From Tubiluchus corallicola (lineage: Eukaryota > Animalia > Priapulida): a DNA stretch of 64,000 bases. Position numbers and translations under genes: made by a program. The notes below the pieces were generated by a model. It was not told where the DNA came from, ran no database searches, and saw only the letters and a list, made by a program, of their open reading frames with translations. Positions 40,410-51,665 of the stretch are shown one piece after another (the stretch's first letter is position 1; the number at the start of each line of letters is the position of its first letter). The stretch covers positions 124,001-188,000 of the forward strand of contig JAQGDQ010000397.1 of the NCBI GenBank assembly GCA_030141605.1, in the 5' to 3' direction.

Positions 40410-41168
40410 TTTGCCCTAGTAACGTGGAAGAACCGGACAATCGTCATGGCCACAATAAAAAGGACACGCAATGTGGACGGTAACTTGACAAGAATGTTAG
40501 AAAACTACATCAAATTCCAACACAAAACCAACGTTGTTCAACTTATTGGTTACTGCAAAAAAACGTTGACAATTTGTACTGAATACCATAAACTAGGCAA
40601 CGCAAAGACTGTTGATAAAGTTCTTGAACAATCATCAGTTCATAATACTGCGAGACATCGTCTAAATTTGTGTATTGACTATGCAGAAGTTGCTGAGTTC
40701 TTAGACAAACAAAACCTTTATCAATGCGACGCACACAGCTTGAAGAAACTGTTGTCACAATACCTCCTCACAGATGATTTCCGGTTAGTTCTCAATGACC
40801 TTGATGATATTAAATCTCAGGAAGCCCGTTGCACGTTTAAGAATCGCACCCTGCGCTCAGATCTGAAGTTTGAAGCACCAGAATCGAGATTGTGGAATGA
40901 CATCGAGTGCACTACAGTTGCATGTGCCGAAAAGCAGAGAGCTATCAAACATGCAAATGAAGTGTTCAGAATTCCAGACGTTTGCTTGTCATTCTTCATT
41001 GGGATTGAAAATGACCAGAAGAAAAAGGAAAGATTTGCTTTTGCTGTTGACATCCTAGCACCCGTGCATCAGGCTTGTAAAGATGCAGATCCAAATAAGA
41101 GACCGTCAATAAACTCTGTTGTGAAATTTTATCGAAACGTTCTGGCAAAAAATTCGAAGTTTAAATAA
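40410..41168 (+). CDS. POMK: Protein O-mannose kinase (POMK/SgK196)-like sugar kinase, exon 4 (kinase domain)
   Basis: Acceptor 'tttttgcag|ttt' (phase 0). NVVQLIGYC..TEYHKLG..RLNLCIDY..QCD..LKKLLSQYLLTDDFRLVLNDLDD..FEAPE..FRIPD..HQACK..RPS matches POMK-specific motifs (TEYH.LG, MCD, SQYLLT..F....NDLD, APE, KIPD). The four exons total 981 nt, or 326 aa. Confidence 0.9.
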   Translation, partial: FALVTWKNRTIVMATIKRTRNVDGNLTRMLENYIKFQHKTNVVQLIGYCKKTLTICTEYHKLGNAKTVDKVLEQSSVHNTARHRLNLCIDYAEVAEFLDKQNLYQCDAHSLKKLLSQYLLTDDFRLVLNDLDDIKSQEARCTFKNRTLRSDLKFEAPESRLWNDIECTTVACAEKQRAIKHANEVFRIPDVCLSFFIGIENDQKKKERFAFAVDILAPVHQACKDADPNKRPSINSVVKFYRNVLAKNSKFK

Positions 41169-43959
41169 AATTTTTTTCATCGCAATTAAAGACCTAATTA
41201 TTTGGCCTATAAACATGTATAACGTTTATGATAGTAAAAGTTCCACACAATAATAACTAAAAGAAGTAAAGAATTTTGAACATAAATTTACATTGGCAAA
41301 CCATGCCACATCCACTACGCCATACCACCCACATCACATCACCCATACTATGCAGCTCTACATATCAACACAAGAACTATATAACCCCACCACACTACCC
41401 ACACATACCCAACCAGTATTTTTAGTGCCTCCCCTGCAACAACAAATCCAAACGCCTTTCCCCACTTTCCCCATCACAACCCAAAATGATCTTTTCTTGT
41501 AAAATATTACAACAAAGTATAACAGCACCTGTGAGTTAGGCATAATTCATGTGTTATTTATGTTTTCATTAGTGGGCAGACGGTTAGTAAACCTAGCTCA
41601 GGCAGTGATTACTATTAATATGAACTTACCGTCTGTCCCTATACGTAATTATATGATCCTCTGGCTGTTTCTTAAGTTTGCCCAGTGGCGGTTCGTTTAT
41701 AGGTCCTGCGGTACTGCAGCCCCCCCCCCCCCTGTTTTCACTCATCATTATTGATAATATTAAATATAATAAGTCTTTTTTTCTTTATTTCTTTTTTATA
41801 CTTTTGTTGAACCAGATCACGTGAGTGAAGTACAATTTGCTTCACAGCCCAAGCAACGTGGTGTTTGACTGTTGTGCACATGCGACCATATGCATGTGTC
41901 TGAGATAAGACACTGTATGCTATTGTCTGCTGCTACGTAGAAAAGTACTGTCTCCGAACACAGTAAGAATTACCACGTGCTTACGTTGTACCATCATATT
42001 CTTGGGCGTGATAAAATGCAAACTTAGCGTGTGTACTTAATTAATTAACATAAATAATTTAATAATGGACGCTTTGCATTCCCAGAAATAAGTGTAAGTG
42101 AACTGCAACATCTTTTTTTCACAGTTGTCTGTCCATGAGAAAGTTGCAGTTAAGAAAAGAGGCCGTTCAACATCCGATTTTCAAATATAAATAAAACATT
42201 AAAATTACATGTTTGATAAAAATGTCATTTGTTTGTCTTTTCACAACAGATTTGCGAGAGCTTCCTGCTTTTGATGCCGATGTGCCAGCTTTTGTACCAG
42301 CATTAGTTGCTTGTCTCCCAAACTTTTGTCGGACATTAGCAGTTCGTGTTCCACTCTTTGAACCAGCATTAGTTGCTTATGTCCCAACCTTTTCTCCAAG
42401 ATTAGCAGTCTGAGTTCCAGCCTTTGTTCCATTATTTGTAGCACTTCTGCCTGTGTTCAACTCATTTCCAGCTTGTAGAGCTGAAACTTGGGGTACCTTA
42501 ATGCTACGTGCATTCTCACTAGGCAATTGTGGGGCATTTACTGCATTTGGTAATTGTTCGGCAGGCTTCGCCAGATTAAATTTTTCCTAAGATTTTTCTA
42601 AAGCAGAACCCCCACTAGTTTTAGTTATTAGCCGCCACTGAGTTTGCTGCTTCCACCAAAGGACTCTTTTCAATCCTCTTTACTCTGATAATTCTTGTAG
42701 CAGAAATTTTTTCGACTGTAAAAATACACTTCATAACTTCTTCAACTCAGATAACAAATCTAGCACCATGGAGTCACCCAATCAACTTATACTCGCTTAC
42801 ACTCAGCAAATTTATACACACTTTTCTGCTCTCACATTTTGCTCAAATACGCAAAATCCCTATTGATGTTGATGTTGTGGCAACTGCAGTTACTCAAAAC
42901 AACCGTTGTAACCATTGGTGAACAAAAAAGGGATATGGGAACGTAGCATCGTATACACATGCTAGGCATCCTTAGTTCATACCCCATACATGAAACGCTA
43001 TGCAAAAAGGAGATATGGAAAAGGAATAATAAAAAATCGCACTAACCTATTAACACAAAAAAATATATTCACGCAAAGTCTATTGCTTCATTTCTTTACG
43101 AAGAAGTTGGTTTATGAAATTAGTCAATTAGAGTCATTTTTGAGTCAATTAAGTGTCTGAGTCTATTTATAGAGAGTCTAATAAACGGCCGTCTTGTTCC
43201 AGTTATTGCTTCAGTATTAGTTTTTAAGTTGAAATTTTAAAGTGACGCTGACATCAGGCTGTAATGATTTTAATTCATAAACATGGACTGGCTCTATGGT
43301 CAATGTCAGTCTCAACTGTACACAGTACAATGTATATAATTATACAATATTATAATAACTTCAGAATTAAAGTTGAGAAACATTTATGACAATGTTCTTT
43401 AATTTTCATATCTATTTGATGTACTTCTATGTGAAGCTTTTTATATAGCGTTGCAAAAATATATCTGCAAATTAAACCTTGAATAGACTTAAGTTTTTGC
43501 TTTTTTTTATTTGAAGATATTTATTTCATATAAAGTTTGCGTATAAATACACTTATAATTAATAATACGAGAACATCCTACATAGTCCTCATTTATAACT
43601 CAAAGAAAGTAGCAGCTTTTATTAAATTAAAGTTATAAGGTTATAGGCAGAGTATAATAGATGACGTCAGAACAATGGCTTTGCGTCAGCAGTTTTCCAA
43701 GCGAAAATTGCCAAAAATGGAACATCTAATTAACTAGTCGATACTCCTCTTGTTGGACCTGCCCTAAGATATAGTGTACATCATCGTATAGCCCCGTTCT
43801 TCCTCCTTCTAAAGAGCTGTATATCTCCTTCCAAGAGTCACAATATACGCCTTTAGAGCGTTTTTTCTAAAGGGTGTTTGGCCGAAATTTCGAAGAAATT
43901 GGGAGTTGGGTCCATATACCCGCAGTGTGCAAAAGTGAAATCTAAATATGACTATTACA

Positions 43960-44180
43960 CCCAACGTTAAATGGGTTATTCAACTATTACCAGCAGCACC
44001 TGTGGCCCGTTCCAGATCTCTAGAAATAAGAGGTACAATTTTTGCAAAAAACGAGCAAGCATGACCATTTTTGAAGATTTTTACGGCCCCTGTTCCTCCA
44101 GTTAGGTCCGATTCGAAATATAAACCACCAGGTGCGAACCCTTGGGTGGAGACCTTTCATTTGACGTATAGATCAATAGA
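43960..44180. repeat. Interspersed repeat fragment (non-autonomous element family)
   Basis: 43965-44050 recurs inverted at 49805-49915, and 'ggagacctttcatttgacgtatagatc' recurs at 57842-57868. Confidence 0.7.
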
Positions 44181-44914
44181 TTAAAATGACTGCAAATTTC
44201 TACAACTTTGCTCCTGTGACTGAATGTGTTGCACTAAACTGTAATGTTTGGTAAAATCCAATAGAGGAGTGCTATCACGATATATTGTGCGTCCCTCATG
44301 AAATACAGGAACAGATACACCAGAAAATGATACGTCAGAAAACGAGACAAAAAGTAAGACGAATTTTCAAATTTATCGCTCATTAAAAAAATAATTAAGT
44401 TGAACTGTAATTGCGGAAAACCAATCATGTGAGTCTCATTCTTGTTATGCTGATGCCAGTGTTTGTGTGTCACTGTTTTCAAGGCCTCTGCATTCAGGAC
44501 CACTAGAGAATCTAGTCAGATGATCTGACTTTCAGATTTGCTATGGAAAGTGTAAACAGCAAAATGTGCACTAGTGTTTTCCAAAAATTTGAACGTTATT
44601 TTAGAAGTCAAAGATGAAGTGAAACCAAATTTCGATTTTGAGTGTAAAATGCGTGAATTTGGTTAAATGTGAAAAGTGTGCATTGTATTTTCTGTGGCAA
44701 GTAAATTTAAAAAAATATTTATGTTGTGATTGTGCTAATTGTATGGCGTGTCAATAATTTTCTTTTCTAATGAATGAAATTACAGCTGCGAATGGTCGTT
44801 AAGCTCACCAACGCTGGTACCACGTATCAACAGAGCCGAATAACTAGAACAATTATGATAGGCTTACCTACACTTATATAAAATACAAGAAAAAATATAA
44901 TGCTTCATTTCCAC

Positions 44915-45400
44915 ACCCCAAAGGAATAAGAAGATCAAGTGTTCTAGTTCGATAATGTCCATCATAAGAATTTCTCACTAGAGTTACTAATTTTCCATTT
45001 TCAAGCATCCAAACGGAGCATTCTCCTTAAGCAGTACAATGTCAACTAACTTCAGGGTAACTTTCTTGGTTGTGCCAAATGCGTCTGTGCCAAACTGATC
45101 AGATATTTTCTAGATGCTCCAGATGCTTCTGTCAATGTTACAGTATAAGAGTAGTTTTTGGCTGATCACATTTTGCTGGTAGTGGGATCATCATAGTTAC
45201 CAATAAACCAAGAAGATGAGCAGGAGTTATTGAAAATCCAGAATCATCACACAAATACCAAATGATTCGAATTCAGCATGACCTCAATTTTGGACAAAAT
45301 TGTTAAAAGCTGTCAGACATATTCTTCAGATTGCTTCAATCAGTTCTCACTTTCTTTTTCAAGGGAGACATTGAAACAGCCGCTTATTAAGGTACCATAC
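44915..45400 (-). mobile_element. Second, more decayed BEL/Pao integrase C-terminal remnant
   Basis: LLTILSKIEVMLNS..ITPAHLLG..KYLISL..VDIVLLKENAP..DGHYR on the minus strand, with stops. Confidence 0.65.
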
Positions 45401-45816
45401 AGTATAATGAATTTTCTAGTAATTCCATGTTGACAACTGTAATTTTTCACACTTGGATCAGTAGTATTACATGTTTTACTGACAGTAGATTTGGTAAGTT
45501 TAAAGTTAGCAGCATTATCGGATGCATTCATTCTGTGCTTTGCTCTTCTTACAATAAATCGTCTGAGGCAAAGTAAGAATTAGTCTGCTCACGAGGCTTT
45601 TACTAGTTCCAAATATACTGCTTTTGTTGTAAAACATGCATACAAACGCACCTACATTTTCGCTATTGATTGGCTTGTTTTAACTTAGAGTGGTCCAGTG
45701 TAATCTAATCCAGTACATGTAAATGAATTATATTTATTTATTTTCTATTTCATTTCAATTAACTTTTCTTTGTATTATCCACTTTCATAACATACAATGC
45801 AACATTTAATGACACT

Positions 45817-46936
45817 TCATACTTCTGTTATAGTTGTTGAAGCTTTGAATTTTTTTCTACCTGCCTTATGTTTGTATGAGTACCCACCTATCAATCTCAA
45901 CGCATAGTATTGAAGGAGATTTAATTTTAAGTAATTTTCTCTTTTGGTTTTTTGAAGTAGTGTACATCCATATAAGAAGTGTGGTAGAACTAAAGTCTTA
46001 TATATTAGTGTTTTAGTTTTCTTTGTTAGTTGCCCTTTAACTTGTCGGATATATGATGTGCTAGATGCCATTTTTGTGTATTATGTTATTAAAGTGTTCA
46101 TCCCATGAAAGATTATTGTCTACTTGTATGCCCAGGAATTTAACATTGTTAGTTTGTTTGATTACAGCATTATCTATTGTCAAAGTGGTTGATGATGCAT
46201 CATTAGTATTTAATGAGGGTGGCAGTATCATGAATTCTGTTTTGTCATTATTCATTTTTAGCTTGTAATGACTAAATGCCATATTTATGTTTTTTATATC
46301 TTCTTCTAAATAATTTTTTGCAGTTTGGATATTTTCATGAGCTATGTAGATTGTAGCGTCATCAGCGTATTGCGTTATTTGTGAGTGTTGTAATACACTA
46401 GATATGTTGTTTACATTTACTCAAAATAATAATGAACCTAGTAGTGTTCCTTGCGGTATACTTCTGTTTAACATGGCCCAGTCAGAAAAGTTGGTTGTAT
46501 TTAACTTTACTCGTTGTTGCCTATCTTTGAGATAATTTTCTATCAGTATTAACGATATCGAATCTAATCCGATTTGTTTTAAGTTATCGTAAAGTAGTTC
46601 GTGATTAATGCTATCGAATGTTTTACTTAAATCCAAAAATGCTGCTAAAATGTATTGCTTGTTGTCTAAACTATGTCTCCAGTTTCCTGTTGTGTGTATT
46701 AGGGCGCCAATGGTTGAATGGTGTTTACGGAAGCCAAACTGATGTTTTGATAAGAGTTCATGTTTATTTGCATATGAATTTATCTGATCATAAATAATCC
46801 TTGCCCAAACTTTGCCGAAACAATGGATTACGGAAATCGGGCGATAATTCATGAAATCACATTTCGGATCTTTTTTTATGGATTGGAGTCACATTTGCCA
46901 TTTTACATACAGTTGGAAATTCCCCTCTCATAATTA
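45817..46936 (-). mobile_element. 5'-truncated LINE (CR1/L2-like) RT pseudogene
   Basis: NYRPISVI, HQFGFRKHHST, FLDLSKTFDSINH, IPQGTLLGSLLF, QYADDAT, LKMNNDKTEFM, VKFLGIQVDNNLSWDEH, IYKTLVLPHFLYG. Confidence 0.93.
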
Positions 46937-47329
46937 TCTGATTAGCAATGTAAGTTAATTATGAGAGGCGAATTTCCAATTGCAGACTTGTTTGCCAGAC
47001 TAGCAAAGCAAATTGCAACAATAGTTAAAGTAATGCATGGTCGTTCTTCAAACAACTACAGAACAAGTTACGTTAATTAAATCTTGCACCTAATAATAAT
47101 TTCACGACTGCAGCTTACATAAACATAAAAATCACAATAATAGTCTTCATCATTGCTGTCTGATCTGCAATGTAAACTTAGCATCGCTTGCTGAAATTGT
47201 CTGGCGCATTCAATTTTCGCTGGAATCAAATCTTTTCATTAAATTTAATACAGGTTTTGTACTTAATACATCAAAATACATCACACAAATTGCAACACTC
47301 ATCTCACGAGCACTGCAATCATATGCATA

Positions 47330-47600
47330 CCCAAAAATAACCTTTCCGACGCTTCGTGCACAATTTTGAATTTTAAGATATTATAACTATTAAAATGTCT
47401 CCAGGTTGGCTCTCAACAGAATGAATTACAATAAGCATTAAATAAAATTTAATATCTTTTATCATCAACAAAACAATAGCTCTAAGTTTTCTAATCAGAT
47501 GGTTTGTGTGATAGTAGTATAATGATCTTTGATTAACAATGTGAAGGTCATCTGGGTTATCATTTGAAACAATATGTCCCAAATATTTTTCTTTATCTCA
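47330..47600 (-). pseudogene. LINE RT C-terminal remnant
   Basis: KYLGHIVSNDNPDDLHIVNQRSLYYYHTNHLIRKL, which follows the KYLG...DD.DI..Q...LY...N.L.RK pattern. Confidence 0.6.
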
Positions 47601-50369
47601 TGATGTTTGAATTAGCCAGATTTTTGCAAGCTTTTTCTATGATCAATCTTTTGTAAATAAGCTTATTAGCTTTTGTGTTTTATGAATTTAATAGTTTTTA
47701 TTTTAACAAAAAATTATAATTTTGCTTAGTGGCTTATTCTTGCTTTAAAAGCAATACTGAAAAAAAGTCACAGCTGCTATAAATCGCCGTGGACAGATGT
47801 AGGCCTCACAGGCTTTGGTTAGTGTACAAATATTTGATTTGTAGCAAAAGTTATGGAACTGCGTTAAAATTTACATTTTGATTTAATTGCATAAATGCAT
47901 TCTCGAGAAATTAAACAAAGATATGTTTATTTGTGTTCTTACAATTCACGGCTGGCATGTAATTCTGTGGAACGGCCTGAACGAACAATCTCAGCAGTCT
48001 GAGATTATTCTGAGCAGTAACACACAGCCGTGCAGACAGCTTATGCCATTGTGCGCCACATTCTCTAATGCTCAGCCGCCAGTGTATTGTTATTGTGCTT
48101 ATAAATCATTTTAATCTTATCAAAACGTGGCATTTCCCAAGCAGTTATATTATTACAAACCTTACTTCAACGATTGCGTATTAACTAGATTTTAAATGAA
48201 TAATGCTATACCTACATAGAATCATTTTTCTCAATTTATTTACGTAGTCTTTAATTACTGTTGTTAGTTAATTAATATTTTTTCTTTTAATTCTGCAGTT
48301 ACAACTTTTTTTCTTGTTCGATTTTTGTACTTTATTTCAGGTTTTTCACACAGAATCGAAGATGCACTGCCGCTTTTGCTAATATTGGTTTGGGCGCATC
48401 CTCAGTAAGGTTTTGTTTCATTTACTCATAGTATCGTTAAACATAAAAATAAACGCTATTATCATTAAGAAACTTAAGAAAATCACTTCCACTGGAAATC
48501 ATTATATTTGTTGGGTTAAACGAATCAGTTACTTACGACAGTATGATCTTTATAATCATGTCATGGGTATTAGCAAGATACCTAATCTAAATATCTAAAC
48601 TCGTGTACACAGGGGCAGCGCCACTATCACGGTGACGTCGCACGGCATAGTACATGTGTTTCTGCAAGCACCATGAGCGAAAACAGTCCAGATAAGACTT
48701 TGTGCCATAACAAACACATAGAGGATGACGAAGTATTAGTTTCAAAAAATAGTGTTTGATTACATGTAACCTGCTTCACGAACCTTAAGACCACCCACAG
48801 ACTGGTTCCGCCATATTGCGCTAGATGGTAACTCACTAGTAAGTAATGTCAGACAGTTCTTTCACATTGCGTTTCTCAATTATCACTTTTAACGCCATAT
48901 TATCAGCAGCTATTAACAATCGTCAGCCTCCCAAACCTATCCAAAACAGTGGAATGTGGATTCACAATGTTAAAACCACCATTTGATCCAACTGATCACC
49001 ACTGAGTTCTACTACTTTAACTTCACTAGTTCTGCTATATCTAATGTTAACATCTTCAAAGAACAATCTGTCATTATCTTGACAGAAGCAACCACGTGCC
49101 CTCCAAAAACTGGGGACTTACACCTGATCGCATTCAATGAAGCCACTTTCTGTATTATTATAAGGTAGACCAGGCTCCTTAGTAGATAAGTCAGGCCCCT
49201 TAGTAAGCAGGAAAGTCAGAAAGCAACAAAAATATCAGCCCTATATCTAAACCAAAATATCCATACCATTATGCATTTTCAAGAATAGATGATCTATCTG
49301 TGTTCTAGCAATTCAGCAAAATCCAGTTAACATGAGAGAAGAGCTTTTCAGAAGTCACACAACCATTTCGCTACAAGGACCTGTAGTGCATAAGTTTTTT
49401 CACTAGCTACTCGTCATGTCACTTCTCCACTTATTCTGTTATTTCCAATATGTTACAGAAGATCAAAAGCAGTTTTGTTTGAGTGCACTGGGAATAAAAC
49501 TTTGTTAACAAAGCAAGGGTGTGTTACTTTACTGTGATGCTACTTGCCTAGTGTGGTGGGGTAGTGTATTGTCGGTGTTTTGGTGTGAGTAGAGTGCTGT
49601 GATGTGGTGGACTTGATGTGGGAGGTGTGGTTTGTCATTGTGGTTTTTTGTCATGTTCAAATTTTTGCCGGGGATTGATAAGTCTTATAATTAATTTTTG
49701 TTGTTTCTGGATTCATTATATATATTGCACCAAGATCTCTCATCGCATCGTCTCATTAATGGTTTATTTATCCAATTAGGCCCAACTGGGGAAGCCATTT
49801 TGCCAAATTTTTTCAAAATTTATACCTCTTATTTCTAGAGATTGGAAATGGCCATGGCGCAGTGCTGGTTGAAGTTTGGTAGGCCATTTAACGGTGGATG
49901 TTATAGGCGTATATTAGATTCGCAGGTAACCATTAGTGGGCGTTTTCACGGGCACAACTCCCGATGATTTATGTCTGAAATTTTTTTTAAATTTTTTTTA
50001 AATTTGACACAGGTTTTTAAGATAATTAACATCGTGTATGTAAGTACCAGACATTAAAAGAATCTGCAAAATCAGGGTTTGTTCATTTTTCACCTTTATC
50101 TCATAACTCTAAGTTCTGATGGACTCCTCTGTTGAAAGTTAAATCGAAGTCAAAATTTTTTGAAAGCTGAGCAGTCAGCAGTCTAATTATTAACAAAGTC
50201 CTGTGTTTGCGAAGGACACATTGTAATCACACGGGTATTTCCTTTCCATGTTATCAGTAAGTCTTACAATGGTTCCGAACTATGATTTCGGTCGGAAAGT
50301 GCAGAGAGTATGGATGAAACTGAAGTTATTTCAAATATTATTTTTAACTTTGTCTGAGATTTAGCAGTT

Positions 50370-50630
50370 CAGCAATTCTGTCTCTGAGCACTGGGAATAG
50401 AGCTTTGTTAACAAAAGTTTATGCTTGGAATAATATATCGCCCTGGGAGGCACGCAATAAGATGTTTTGTTAAGATTGAAAGAAATGTCTTTTTAGGTTT
50501 GAAAGCTTTTCAAACTGTTTGTATAGCAAATATTGGGCTAAAAGCTTTTCTTGTGATAATAAAGGGTGAGACTGCGTAACAATAATTGCTGTTTGGATAA
50601 GACGGAGAAAGTTTTAAGTGCTCAGCCACC
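50370..50630 (-). repeat. Old repeat-family segment, inverted copy of 53720-54120 and also similar to 1-245
   Basis: 'gagcactgggaatagagctttgtt..ttatgcttggaataatat..gatgttttgttaagattgaaag..gtttgtatagcaaatattgggctaaaagctttt' is the reverse complement of 53720-54105. Confidence 0.85.
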
Positions 50631-51284
50631 TGAACAAAAGGCTCTTAGTAAGATGGAGAAAGTTTAAAAATTTCTTCTTGTCTTTTTCTCGTAGTCGAAA
50701 TAATGGCAAATTGGCGAAATTATTCACAAACGTTTTTGATGATGTGAGACTTCCTATTCTAAGTCCAGTGGTGAGGACAGCTTCATGGATTTTTTGTCAC
50801 TTCAAGAGGAACAATAATGCTTGCTGTCCCATCGCCCTATTTGCACTCATTTTCGCAGTGATGTTGGCAGTTTCTCTGTAACAAAGGCGAGACTTTTTAC
50901 TGGCGCCACATTAGCGCGAACATTAAATAAAAATATCAATGAAATCATTCAGTTGATTTTTTATCTGTTGTTTTTTTGTGCAACAACTGTTTCAACTATA
51001 TACATTTTTGACCAGGAAACAATCCAGAGAATTTTGATTTTTTGTGAATCCCTGTGAATTTGTACAATAAAAAATATTAAATCTCTAGCAAAGAAGAATT
51101 ACAAAATGTCGGTAAGTTGAAGATGTGTTAATACCGTGTAGCACAATGCAGCTAAAATGTCCTTCTCATGGGAACGTTTAAAGTAGCTCTAATTTTCAAT
51201 ATTTTGCATGGGAAACTTAGTCTTACTCCAAATCATTGGTGATTATTATATGTCTCTCTTAACTGCAGCAAAGTATTTGCTCTC

Positions 51285-51665
51285 CGTCTTTTGTTAACTC
51301 TTCCTCAGGGAGTTTCAGGTTGGCAGCTTAACCAAACAAAAAAGCTTCTATATTCTATTGACATTCTTGTCTGTATTTGCTTTCCATCTTTTGTTAACTC
51401 TTCCTCAGGGAGTTCCAGGTAAGCAGCTTAACCAAACAAAAAAGCTTCTACATTCTATTGACATTCTTGTCTGTATTTGCTTTCCATCTTTTGTTAACTC
51501 TTCCCCTGGGAGTTCCAGGTAGGCAGCTTAACCAAACAAAAAAGCTTTTGTCTTCTACAGAAATTCTTGTCTGTATTTGCTTTACATCTCTTTTTAACTC
51601 TTCCTCTGGGAGATCCAGATTATCAGCTTAATTAAACAAAAAAGCTTCTCCCGTCTATTGATAAT
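51285..51665 (+). repeat. 100-bp tandem repeat, about 4 units
   Basis: 'ttgttaactc' recurs at 51291, 51391 and 51491, and as 'tttttaactc' at 51591. The units are near-identical with no unique spacers. Confidence 0.95.

Noticed and set aside
51285-51665. Regularly spaced repeats resembling a CRISPR array (also 22841-23045 and 53788-53950)
   Set aside because: The units are contiguous with no unique spacers, no cas genes are present, and the context is eukaryotic.
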